Source: Dellaglioa algida DSM 15638 (GTDB lineage: Bacteria > Bacillota > Bacilli > Lactobacillales > Lactobacillaceae). From it: DNA of 24,000 nucleotides. Where the stretch lies: the NCBI RefSeq assembly GCF_001434695.1, contig NZ_AZDI01000001.1, positions 33,043-57,042 of the forward strand. Reading direction: 5' to 3'. Shown here piece by piece: positions 14,945-23,389 of this stretch (its first letter is position 1; each line of letters opens with the position of its first letter). Both the position numbers and the translations under genes were made by a program. Below the pieces are notes generated by a model, which did not search any database, was not told the origin of the DNA, and saw only the letters and a program-made list of their open reading frames with translations.

Positions 14945-17449
14945 ATGGAGCGTTATGATGGACCCGCATTTTATAAAAAAACAATAAAAGAAGAGAAAAC
15001 GACGCCTCGTAATGATGATCAATTTATCCGAAAAGAAGCTAAAACGGATAGTCAGAACGAGAAATCACAAATTAATCATTACTCTAGAGGGTTCAGACCA
15101 AAGCAAATACCCACATTCTTTACGAGTAAAAAACAAAATAAAAATGTTAAATATCGTCAACTTTTGGTTCAATTGACAAAAGCGAAAGATACTTATTTGT
15201 TGTTTGATGATCAAGCTGATAATTACTTTAGTGAAGGGACTGTTGAGTTACCACTTCATGCTGATTTAAGCACAACTGATGACGCAGCTAGTGAGAGTTT
15301 GGTATCACCAAATGAAGTTATACCGGTTGTTGAAAAAAGAGTGGTACAGAACGAGTTCTTGGCGAATATGACGCCAATACCTGAAGTTACGCCTATAGTA
15401 GATGTGACTCCAAAAATAGTTGCTAATAACAAACATGCATTAGCTAGGGGTCTATTTGAGATCACTAATTCTGAAAATGAAGCTCAAAAAGAGCTTGCTG
15501 TATTTAAAGATAAACCTGAAGTTTCATCACGAGAAGAACTTGCATCTGTTGGAACTGATTATCAAACTAAACAAGAAGTACAAGAAGTACAAGAAGTACA
15601 AGAAGTACAAGAAGTACAAGAAGTACAAGAAGTACAAGAAGTACAAGAAGTACAAGAAGTACAAGAAGTACAAGAAGTACAAGAAGTACAAGAAGTACAA
15701 GAAGTACAAGAAGTACAAGAAGTACAAGAAGTACAAGAAGTACAAGAAGTACAAGAAGTACAAGAAGTACAAGAAGTACAAGAAGTACAAGAAGTACAAG
15801 AAGTACAAGAAGTACAAGAAGTACAAGAAGTACAAGAAGTACAAGAAGTACAAGAAGTACAAGAAGTACAAGAAGTACAAGAAGTACAAGAAGTACAAGA
15901 AGTACAAGAAGTACAAGAAGTACAAGAAGTACAAGAAGTACAAGAAGTACAAGAAGTACAAGAAGTACAAGAAGTACAAGAAGGTTATTACGATGACCAG
16001 TCTGATGAAGAAATAGTAATTGCAGATGCGACTTATCAATTTCCATCCCTTGATTTATTACCAGATCCTATCTTAGAGAATGCTGGCGAATTAGATGAGT
16101 GGGTACTTTCTCAAATTGATGTATTGAATAATACATTAGAGGCGTTCCATGTGAACGCAGAAGTTGATGGATGGACAGTTGGACCTACTGTTACACAATT
16201 CGAAATTTCACTAGCTGCCGGTGTTAAGGTAAGTAAGATTACTAATCTTGTTGACGATTTGAAGTTGGCATTAGCCGCAAAGGATATTCGTGTGGAAGCG
16301 CCAATTCCTGGACGGAGCAGTGTCGGAATCGAAATTCCTAATTTGAAATCGAGACCGGTTCTCCTTTCTGAAGTATTGAGATCTGCAGTCTTTATGGAAA
16401 ATAAATCACCGCTAACGGTTGCCTTAGGTGTTGATTTATTTGGTGAAGCACAAGTAACTAATCTACAAAAAATGCCGCATGGATTGATTGCTGGAGCTAC
16501 AGGTTCCGGTAAATCAGTTTTTATTAATAGTTTGCTAGTTTCTATTCTATATAAAGCAACGCCTAATGAGGTTAAGCTTTTATTAATTGATCCTAAGGCA
16601 GTCGAGTTAGCACCATATCATGATATTCCACATCTATTGGCACCAGTTATTTCAGACGCAAAAGCAGCTTCAGCAGCATTGAAGTGGGCTGTTGATGAGA
16701 TGGAAGAACGTTATCAAAAATTAGCTGCTGCCGGTGCTAAAAATATTGGTAACTTTAATCAAAAAGCGGAAGCAAATGGTGATTTTGGCTTAAAAATGCC
16801 ATATATTTTAATTATTATTGATGAGTTAGCCGATTTAATGATGGTTGCTTCAAATGAAGTGCAGGATTATATCGCTAGAATCACGCAAAAAGCTAGGGCA
16901 GCAGGAATTCATTTGATTCTTGCGACGCAGCGTCCAAGCGTTGATGTTGTCACAGGAACGATTAAAAATAACATTCCAACCCGAATAGCATTTATGGTTT
17001 CTAGTCAAATTGATTCAAGAACAATCTTAGATACTGCTGGTGCTGAAAAATTACTGGGTCGAGGAGATATGCTATATCTCGGTAATGGATCGAGTCAAGC
17101 TGTTAGATTGCAGGGAACATACATTGAAGATGAAGTTGATTTAATTACGGATTTTGTCAGAACGCAAGGGAAACCAAGATACGCATTTAATCCGGATGGA
17201 TTGAAGAAAATGGCAGATCAAAATGAACAACAGGATGATTTGCTTCCAGGTATTTTAGATTTTATAGCACATGAACAGACGATTTCAATTTCTAAGTTAC
17301 AACGTGTTTTCTCAATAGGTTATAACAGGGCTGCGAATATTATTGATGAGCTTGAGAACCAACAACATATTTCGCATGCTAAGGGTTCAAAGCCACGAGA
17401 TGTCTATTTAAATGAAGATGAGCTCAGACGAATGAGAGAAGAATTTTAA
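14945..17449 (+). CDS. sftA: FtsK/SpoIIIE-family DNA translocase lacking transmembrane segments (SftA-type), with a (QEV)45 linker
   Basis: Motor motifs: PSLDLL motor entry (from about nt 16034), Walker A GATGSGKS, Walker B IIIDELADL, RPS motif ATQRPSVDV. The C-terminal winged-helix gamma domain reads ISKLQRVFSIGYNRAANIIDELE. No hydrophobic N-terminal helices are present. Its position between ytpR and murC equals B. subtilis sftA. ATG 14945 is preferred (AGGA 8 nt upstream) over ATG 14936, which overlaps the RBS. Confidence 0.9.
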   Translation: MERYDGPAFYKKTIKEEKTTPRNDDQFIRKEAKTDSQNEKSQINHYSRGFRPKQIPTFFTSKKQNKNVKYRQLLVQLTKAKDTYLLFDDQADNYFSEGTVELPLHADLSTTDDAASESLVSPNEVIPVVEKRVVQNEFLANMTPIPEVTPIVDVTPKIVANNKHALARGLFEITNSENEAQKELAVFKDKPEVSSREELASVGTDYQTKQEVQEVQEVQEVQEVQEVQEVQEVQEVQEVQEVQEVQEVQEVQEVQEVQEVQEVQEVQEVQEVQEVQEVQEVQEVQEVQEVQEVQEVQEVQEVQEVQEVQEVQEVQEVQEVQEVQEVQEVQEVQEVQEVQEVQEVQEGYYDDQSDEEIVIADATYQFPSLDLLPDPILENAGELDEWVLSQIDVLNNTLEAFHVNAEVDGWTVGPTVTQFEISLAAGVKVSKITNLVDDLKLALAAKDIRVEAPIPGRSSVGIEIPNLKSRPVLLSEVLRSAVFMENKSPLTVALGVDLFGEAQVTNLQKMPHGLIAGATGSGKSVFINSLLVSILYKATPNEVKLLLIDPKAVELAPYHDIPHLLAPVISDAKAASAALKWAVDEMEERYQKLAAAGAKNIGNFNQKAEANGDFGLKMPYILIIIDELADLMMVASNEVQDYIARITQKARAAGIHLILATQRPSVDVVTGTIKNNIPTRIAFMVSSQIDSRTILDTAGAEKLLGRGDMLYLGNGSSQAVRLQGTYIEDEVDLITDFVRTQGKPRYAFNPDGLKKMADQNEQQDDLLPGILDFIAHEQTISISKLQRVFSIGYNRAANIIDELENQQHISHAKGSKPRDVYLNEDELRRMREEF
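15572..15983 (+). repeat. Perfect tandem repeat: 9-bp unit CAAGAAGTA x45 plus a 7-nt partial copy, in frame within sftA
   Basis: Counted from the sequence: the first unit is 15572-15580 and the last full unit is 15968-15976, so 405 bp divided by 9 gives 45 units. No substitution is visible, and a partial CAAGAAG occupies 15977-15983. All six frames are open across the array. Confidence 0.97.
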
Positions 17450-17487
17450 CGACAATCTGAATATTAACTCATTTTAAGGATTATTTA

Positions 17488-17496
17488 TGGTAAAAT
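17488..17496 (+). promoter_or_regulatory. Candidate extended -10 promoter for murC
   Basis: TGGTAAAAT (TGn plus TAAAAT) lies about 34 nt upstream of the murC ATG. No good -35 was found. There is no terminator between sftA and murC. Confidence 0.4.
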
Positions 17497-17529
17497 TATG
17501 AATGAATAATGTTAGAAAAGAGGATAATA

Positions 17530-18861
17530 ATGAATAATCAAAAAGTATATTACTTTGTAGGAATAAAAGGCTCAGGGATGAGTTCTTTAGCCTTAATTTT
17601 ACACGATCAGGGCTTTAAAGTTGAAGGGTCTGATATTGATCAATATACGTTCACACAACGTGGATTAGAGTTGGCAGGAATTAAGGTCTATTCATTTGAT
17701 GAAAATAATATGCATGAAGGATTGACTGTAATCGCAGGTAACGCGTTTACCGCAGATCATCCTGAACTTAAAAAAGCGCGTGAAATGGGATTAGATATCG
17801 TTAGCTATCCTGAAATGTTGAGCTGTCTAATGGAAGGTTACACAAGTATTGGTGTAGCCGGATCACATGGTAAAACAAGTACAACGGGACTTCTTGCGCA
17901 TGTCCTTAGTGGTATTGCACCAACAAGTTACTTGATTGGTGATGGTACCGGTAAAGGGAAACCAGACGCAAGATTCTTTGTTTATGAAGCTGATGAATAT
18001 CGTCGTCATTTCGTTGCTTATCATCCCGATTATTCAATTATGACTAATATTGATTTTGATCATCCCGATTATTTTACCGGTATAGATGATGTTTTCGATG
18101 CCTTTGAAACTGTTGCAAAACAAACGAAAAAAGGTATTTTCGCTTGGGGAGATGACCCATTACTTCGCAAAATAAAAGCTGATGTACCAATTTATTACTA
18201 TGGAACAAAGGATTCTGATGATTTTCAAGCTCGTGATATTAAACGGACGACTAAGGGTTCAGAATTCGACGTTTTCTATCATGATGAACCTTTAGGTCAT
18301 TACCAAATCCCTATCTTTGGGGAACACAACATTTTGAATAGTTTAGCCGTTATCGCTGTTTCACATTTTGAAAAAGTTGATTTGGAAGAGATTGCAAAAG
18401 AATTATTAAGTTTTAAAGGTGTTAAACGTCGTTTTAGTGAAAAATATATTGGTGATATGACAATTATTGATGATTATGCACATCATCCATCAGAAATTAA
18501 AGCAACAATTGATGCCGCACGTCAAAAATATCCTGATAAAGAATTAATTGCTGTTTTCCAACCACATACTTTTAGTAGAACGATTGCGTTAATGGATGAT
18601 TTTGCGGTTAGTTTAAATCTTGCCGATAAAGTTTATTTAACTGACATTTTTAGCTCAGCTCGCGAAACGTCAGGAAATGTTTCCAGTGAAGATCTGGGTG
18701 CCAAAATTGTTAAGGGTGGTGATATTATTAAACTTGATAATATTTCGCCATTACTGGATTATAGTAACGCAGTGGTTATCTTCATGGGTGCCGGTGATGT
18801 TCAAAAATATGAATATGCTTACGAAGAGTTATTGAGTAATTTAAGTTTTAAAAATAATTAA
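17530..18861 (+). CDS. murC: UDP-N-acetylmuramate--L-alanine ligase MurC
   Basis: N-terminal [14 protein letters not shown] and Mur ligase P-loop [13 protein letters not shown]. Start moved to ATG 17530 (MNNQKVYYF), with AGAGGA 5 nt upstream; the track start 17509 lacks an RBS. Confidence 0.92.
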   Translation: MNNQKVYYFVGIKGSGMSSLALILHDQGFKVEGSDIDQYTFTQRGLELAGIKVYSFDENNMHEGLTVIAGNAFTADHPELKKAREMGLDIVSYPEMLSCLMEGYTSIGVAGSHGKTSTTGLLAHVLSGIAPTSYLIGDGTGKGKPDARFFVYEADEYRRHFVAYHPDYSIMTNIDFDHPDYFTGIDDVFDAFETVAKQTKKGIFAWGDDPLLRKIKADVPIYYYGTKDSDDFQARDIKRTTKGSEFDVFYHDEPLGHYQIPIFGEHNILNSLAVIAVSHFEKVDLEEIAKELLSFKGVKRRFSEKYIGDMTIIDDYAHHPSEIKATIDAARQKYPDKELIAVFQPHTFSRTIALMDDFAVSLNLADKVYLTDIFSSARETSGNVSSEDLGAKIVKGGDIIKLDNISPLLDYSNAVVIFMGAGDVQKYEYAYEELLSNLSFKNN

Positions 18862-18873
18862 TGAATTCAGTAA

Positions 18874-18901
18874 GGAATGACGTAAAAGTCGTTTCTTTTT
18901 T
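18874..18901 (+). terminator. Probable rho-independent terminator after murC
   Basis: GGAATGAC pairs with GTCGTTTC (8 bp including two G-T wobbles) around a short loop, followed by TTTTTT. Confidence 0.5.
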
Positions 18902-18997
18902 ATTAGTTAATTCTTTTTTAAGAAAAGCGAAGATTCTTGATAATATTAAATAATTTGATACACTTGTGCTTATACAATGAACCAGGAGGAAAAAGAG

Positions 18998-19699
18998 ATG
19001 GATAATCAAAATAGAGTTATTATTAACGAAAATGATGGATTAAATAATTTTTTATCAAAACTATATGGGTATATGGCGCTTGCAGTTGGCGTTTCCGCCA
19101 TTACGTCGTTTCTAACCTTAACGGTCTTTCAAGAATCAGTTTTTGGGTTTATGGCTGAAAATCGCTGGTCAATCTGGGCGTTATTTATCGTTCAGTTGGT
19201 GGTTGTCTTAAATATTAATGTTAAGGCTTCAAGGGCACCTTTCGTAACCTTCGCTTTATTAATGGGTTATTCGGTACTTGAGGGCGTGACGCTTTCGTTA
19301 ATTATATCAATGTATTCGGTTGGGAACATTATTGCCGCGTTTGCTGCAAGCTCAGCCGTATTCGTTACAATGACTATTTTAGGAAATGTAACGAAACGAG
19401 ACTTAACCAAGTTGGGTACTCAAGCATTAGCTGCTTTAGTTGGGTTAATTGTCGCTTCGTTTGTTAATTTATTCTTACAAAGTGAACTGATTAACTACGT
19501 ATTCTCATATGTAGCAGTTATTATTTTCACTATTTTAACGGCTTGGGATACACAAAAATTAAGACAGATATTTTTACAACGTAACAGTGATATTTCAGTT
19601 CCTAATCTGGCAATGACGGGTGCATTAATGTTGTATCTTGATTTTATCAACCTATTCATTTCATTCTTGCGAATATTCGGTTACGGTGGTAGAGATTAG
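18998..19699 (+). CDS. BAX inhibitor-1 / YccA-family integral membrane protein
   Basis: About seven hydrophobic segments. N-terminal FLSKLYGYMALAVGVSAI and C-terminal LYLDFINLFISFLRIFG resemble the BI-1/YccA family. GGAGGA at 18985-18990 is 7 nt before ATG 18998; the track start 18977 precedes the RBS. Confidence 0.85.
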   Translation: MDNQNRVIINENDGLNNFLSKLYGYMALAVGVSAITSFLTLTVFQESVFGFMAENRWSIWALFIVQLVVVLNINVKASRAPFVTFALLMGYSVLEGVTLSLIISMYSVGNIIAAFAASSAVFVTMTILGNVTKRDLTKLGTQALAALVGLIVASFVNLFLQSELINYVFSYVAVIIFTILTAWDTQKLRQIFLQRNSDISVPNLAMTGALMLYLDFINLFISFLRIFGYGGRD

Positions 19700-19721
19700 T
19701 AATTAATAAAATAAGTCGTTT

Positions 19722-19760
19722 AAACCTCTAAGTTAGTCATTCATAACTTAGGGGTTTTTA
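19722..19760 (+). terminator. Rho-independent terminator after the BI-1-family gene
   Basis: AAACCTCTAAGTTA (19722-19735) pairs with TAACTTAGGGGTTT (19744-19757) with one G-T pair, followed by a T-run. Confidence 0.85.
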
Positions 19761-19807
19761 TTACTTTAGAGATATTGCGTGATAAATTATTAATCATGGC
19801 TGATGTT

Positions 19808-19816
19808 TGTTAAAAT
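19808..19816 (+). promoter_or_regulatory. Candidate extended -10 promoter for polA
   Basis: TGTTAAAAT (TGn plus TAAAAT) lies about 35 nt upstream of the polA ATG and downstream of the preceding terminator. Confidence 0.4.
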
Positions 19817-19850
19817 GGGGATAGAGATTTTAAAAGGAGACGGATATCAG

Positions 19851-22532
19851 ATGACGAATACTAATGAAAAACTATTATTAATTGACGGAAATAGCATTGC
19901 GTACCGTGCATTTTTTGCACTTTATCAATCTGTAGATCGATTTACGAATCAAGCAGGGTTACATACAAATGCGTTATATGGTTTCAATAATATGTTGAAT
20001 GTCATATTGGATACCGAAAAACCCACGCATGTTTTAGTTGCTTTTGATGCTGGAAAGACGACATTTAGAACAAAAAAATATGACAATTATAAGGCCGGAA
20101 GATCAAAAACGCCACCAGAATTAAAAGAACAAATGCCTTATTTCAAAGAATTATTGGCTGGATACGGAATTAAAACGTATGAACTAATTGATTTTGAGGC
20201 TGATGATATTATCGGAACAATGGCCAAAAAGGGTGAAGCAGCGGGGTATGATGTTACAGTTGTAACTGGAGATCGTGACCTGACACAGTTAACGACTGAT
20301 AAAGTAACTGTTTCAGTTACTAAAAAAGGTGTTAGCGAAATAGAAAAATTTACGCCGGCACATGTAATGGAAAAGTTTGGGTTAACACCGTTACAAATTA
20401 TTGATATGAAGGGGTTAGTTGGGGACACGTCTGATAACTATCCCGGTGTCACTAAAGTTGGTGAAAAAACAGCAATTAAGTTGTTAACTGAATATGGTTC
20501 AATGGAAAATCTTTACGATAATATTGATCAATTAAAGAAAAGTAAGATGAAGGAACATTTAATTGAAGATAAAGATCAGGCATTCATGAGTAAGGATTTA
20601 GCAAGAATTAGACAGGATGCACCTATTACAATTGATTTTCCTGATACAAAATGGGAAGGACAAGACCTAGATAAATTAGTTGCTTTCTATGAAGAAATGG
20701 ACTTTAAAAAGTTTTTAAGCCAGCTGAATTTAAATCCGACATCTGATAGTCTTGAACTAAATTTGTTCCCAGAACCCAAAAAGACGAATTATGTTACATT
20801 AACAACTGATAATTTGGATGACTTAAAGCAATTATCACAACCAATTTCATTTTATTTAGAGATGTTAGATGATAATTATCATACAGCGGATTTCGATGGA
20901 TTTGCTATTGGCGATGGCGAAAAATTCTTTGTGACTCAAGATGTTGCGTTATTAAAATCGGCTACTTTGGTTAATATTCTTTCGGATTCCTCAATTTCAA
21001 AGAATGTATTTAATTTTAAACGTAGTTATGTTGCTTTAAACCGTTTAGGGATTCAACTTGATGGAACTGGATTTGATCTTCTATTAGCCTCATATTTGTT
21101 AGATACAAGTGATAATAGTGATGATCTTAGCAAGGTTGCACAAAAACATGACTATTATGATGTTAAGACGGATGAGGAAGTATATGGAAAAGGTGTTAAG
21201 CGTGGAATTCCAGAAGACGAAGCTACTTTCTATAATCATATGGCATCGAAAGTCGAGGCTTTGCATCTTTTAAAAGCCCCATTGATGGCGGGATTGGCCG
21301 ACCATGAGCAACTTAATTTATATACAGATATGGAACTTCCACTATCACTTGTATTAGCCAAGATGGAAATCCAAGGAATTACCGTGGATGCGGATCGACT
21401 AAATACCATGCAAGGCGAGTTTTCAACTATTTTAACGGAGATGGAAACTAAAATATATGCCGAAGCGGGTGAAGAATTTAATATTAATTCACCAAAGCAG
21501 CTGGGTGTTATTTTATTCGAAAAATTGAAGTTACCAGTTGTTAAGAAAACTAAAACGGGTTACTCAACTGCTGTTGATGTTTTAGAACAACTTAGTACAG
21601 TAGCACCAATCGCGGACCTAATTTTAAAGTATCGACAAATTGCAAAAATTCAGTCGACTTATGTTGAAGGATTATTAAAAGTTAGACATGCCGATAAAAA
21701 AGTTCATACGAGATATTTACAGACATTAACGGCAACGGGACGGTTATCATCTGTTGATCCTAACTTACAAAATATACCGGTTCGCGTTCCCGAAGGTAAA
21801 AAAATTAGACAGGCGTTTGTCCCTGAACACAAGGGATGGAAAATATTCTCATCTGATTACTCGCAGATTGAATTACGTGTTTTGGCGCATATTGCCCATG
21901 ACGCTAACATGCAAGAAGCGTTTAGAGAGGGAATTGACATTCATGCCAATACTGCAATGAGAATCTTCGGATTAGACTCACCGGATGAAGTAACGCCAAA
22001 TATGCGTCGGACGTCTAAGGCCGTTAACTTTGGAATCGTTTATGGGATTAGTGATTTCGGGTTATCGAAAAATATTGGTATTACTAGAAAACAGGCACAA
22101 ACGTTCATTGATACTTATCTAAATGAATTCACAGGTGTCAGGGATTATATGGAAAATGTTGTACGCGAAGCTAAAGATAAAGGTTACGTTGAGACACTAT
22201 TTCATCGTCGTCGTTATTTACCAGATATTAATAGTCGAAACTTTAACTTACGTTCATTCGCAGAAAGAACAGCGATGAATACACCTATTCAGGGAAGTGC
22301 TGCTGATATTATTAAAGTGGCGATGATTAATATGAACAAAATGCTTGAAGAAGAACATTTACAAGCTAAAATGTTATTGCAAGTACATGATGAATTAATT
22401 TTTGAAGCGCCAGAAGAAGAAATTGCTATTTTACAAAAGAAAGTACCTGAAGTTATGGATGCCGCTGTTTCTTTAGAGGTTCCTCTAAAAGTTGAAAGTG
22501 CATTTGGCGATACTTGGTTTGATACTAAATAA
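19851..22532 (+). CDS. polA: DNA polymerase I
   Basis: The 5'-3' exonuclease N-terminus reads LLLIDGNSIAYRAFFAL. Polymerase motifs: A (DYSQIELRVLAH), B (RRTSKAVNFGIVYG), C (QVHDELIFE). Start at ATG 19851 after AAGGAGA at 19834-19840; the track extension from 19803 has no RBS. Confidence 0.93.
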   Translation: MTNTNEKLLLIDGNSIAYRAFFALYQSVDRFTNQAGLHTNALYGFNNMLNVILDTEKPTHVLVAFDAGKTTFRTKKYDNYKAGRSKTPPELKEQMPYFKELLAGYGIKTYELIDFEADDIIGTMAKKGEAAGYDVTVVTGDRDLTQLTTDKVTVSVTKKGVSEIEKFTPAHVMEKFGLTPLQIIDMKGLVGDTSDNYPGVTKVGEKTAIKLLTEYGSMENLYDNIDQLKKSKMKEHLIEDKDQAFMSKDLARIRQDAPITIDFPDTKWEGQDLDKLVAFYEEMDFKKFLSQLNLNPTSDSLELNLFPEPKKTNYVTLTTDNLDDLKQLSQPISFYLEMLDDNYHTADFDGFAIGDGEKFFVTQDVALLKSATLVNILSDSSISKNVFNFKRSYVALNRLGIQLDGTGFDLLLASYLLDTSDNSDDLSKVAQKHDYYDVKTDEEVYGKGVKRGIPEDEATFYNHMASKVEALHLLKAPLMAGLADHEQLNLYTDMELPLSLVLAKMEIQGITVDADRLNTMQGEFSTILTEMETKIYAEAGEEFNINSPKQLGVILFEKLKLPVVKKTKTGYSTAVDVLEQLSTVAPIADLILKYRQIAKIQSTYVEGLLKVRHADKKVHTRYLQTLTATGRLSSVDPNLQNIPVRVPEGKKIRQAFVPEHKGWKIFSSDYSQIELRVLAHIAHDANMQEAFREGIDIHANTAMRIFGLDSPDEVTPNMRRTSKAVNFGIVYGISDFGLSKNIGITRKQAQTFIDTYLNEFTGVRDYMENVVREAKDKGYVETLFHRRRYLPDINSRNFNLRSFAERTAMNTPIQGSAADIIKVAMINMNKMLEEEHLQAKMLLQVHDELIFEAPEEEIAILQKKVPEVMDAAVSLEVPLKVESAFGDTWFDTK

Positions 22533-22553
22533 AAGTGGTGAGGAGGAGATAGT

Positions 22554-23387
22554 ATGCCAGAGTTACCAGAAGTTGAAACGGTTCGAAGAGGTCTTAGTCA
22601 GTTAGTTATTGGCAAGACAATTAAATCCATAGACGTCTTGTGGCCCAAAATTATAAATGGGGATATCATTCCTTTCAAACATGAATTAGAAGGACGGAAA
22701 ATTGAATCAATTGATCGGTTGGGTAAATATTTACTTTTCCGGTTTGATAATCAAATGACAATGGTATCTCATCTTCGAATGGAAGGTAAATATTTCGTTC
22801 GCGCCACAGATGAACCAATTGAAAAACATTCACATGTCATCTTTCACTTAACCGATGGCCAAGACTTAAGATATAATGATGTTCGTAAATTTGGTCGAAT
22901 GCAGTTAATTCCGACCGGGCAAGAACGTGAGCTTTCGGGTCTTAAAAAATTAGGACCGGAACCGACTGAAAATGAATTTAAACTCAGCAATTTCAAGAAA
23001 TATCTAGCGCGGAAACATATGTCTATTAAGCCTGTGTTACTGAACCAGGAAGCAGTTGCCGGTCTGGGGAATATTTACGTTGATGAAGTATTATGGATGA
23101 GCAAAATAAATCCAGAACAACCAGCAAATTCAATTTCCGATAGTAAATTAAGCAGTTTACGTAAAAATATTATCCTTGAATTAGCTACTGCGGTTCAAGC
23201 TGGTGGGACAACAATCAGATCTTATACCGGCGCGTTTGGTGAGACTGGACTGTTTCAATTTGACTTAAATGTTTATGGCCAAACTGGTAAACCATGCCCT
23301 AGATGTGGGACACCCATAGTTAAAATAAAGGTGGCACAACGGGGAACCCATTATTGTCCGCACTGCCAACCACTGAGGAAAGTCTAA
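22554..23387 (+). CDS. mutM: Formamidopyrimidine-DNA glycosylase (Fpg/MutM)
   Basis: N-terminal MPELPEVETVRRGL carries the catalytic Pro2/Glu3. The C-terminal zinc finger is CPRCG-x16-CPHC. GAGGAGGAG RBS upstream. Confidence 0.93.
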   Translation: MPELPEVETVRRGLSQLVIGKTIKSIDVLWPKIINGDIIPFKHELEGRKIESIDRLGKYLLFRFDNQMTMVSHLRMEGKYFVRATDEPIEKHSHVIFHLTDGQDLRYNDVRKFGRMQLIPTGQERELSGLKKLGPEPTENEFKLSNFKKYLARKHMSIKPVLLNQEAVAGLGNIYVDEVLWMSKINPEQPANSISDSKLSSLRKNIILELATAVQAGGTTIRSYTGAFGETGLFQFDLNVYGQTGKPCPRCGTPIVKIKVAQRGTHYCPHCQPLRKV

Positions 23388-23389
23388 AT

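Noticed and set aside
3608-15465. Remaining short nested ORFs from the track (3608-3820 -, 5708-5911 -, 7005-7193 +, 9437-9634 -, 10046-10297 -, 10974-11186 -, 11579-11770 -, 15256-15465 -)
   Set aside because: Each lies entirely within, and antisense to, a longer motif-supported gene. None has a convincing RBS or recognisable domain.
15572-15983. Possible CRISPR array or other spacer-containing repeat locus
   Set aside because: The units are 9 bp, directly abutting with no spacers, and sit in frame inside a conserved gene. No cas genes or leader are nearby.
15572-15983. 45 GTAC palindromes phased every 9 bp, as a possible restriction/methylation target cluster or protein-binding lattice
   Set aside because: GTAC arises automatically at each unit junction (..AAGTA|CAAG..). 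Nothing in the window, such as a methyltransferase or binding-protein gene, supports a DNA-level role. The 9-bp period is not helically phased.
15456-16016. 186-aa + strand ORF encoding (KYK)n
   Set aside because: It is an alternative frame of the 9-bp repeat. It is open only because the unit contains no stop in any frame. It has no RBS and lies nested inside the well-supported sftA frame.
15527-16039. 170-aa - strand ORF encoding (FLY)n
   Set aside because: Antisense phantom ORF generated by the same repeat. No start context and no independent support.
15567-16046. 159-aa - strand ORF encoding (LLV)n
   Set aside because: Antisense phantom ORF generated by the same repeat. The hydrophobic appearance is a by-product of the reverse complement of QEV codons.
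18937-18978. Promoter for the BI-1-family gene (two TTGATA hexamers and TATACAAT)
   Set aside because: No -35/-10 pair has acceptable spacing: 10-12 nt or more than 30 nt. The best -10 would place the TSS inside the RBS. The promoter is left unassigned.
20138-21960. ORFs 20138-20428 (-) and 21754-21960 (+) inside polA
   Set aside because: They are antisense or alternative-frame ORFs nested within polA, with no support.
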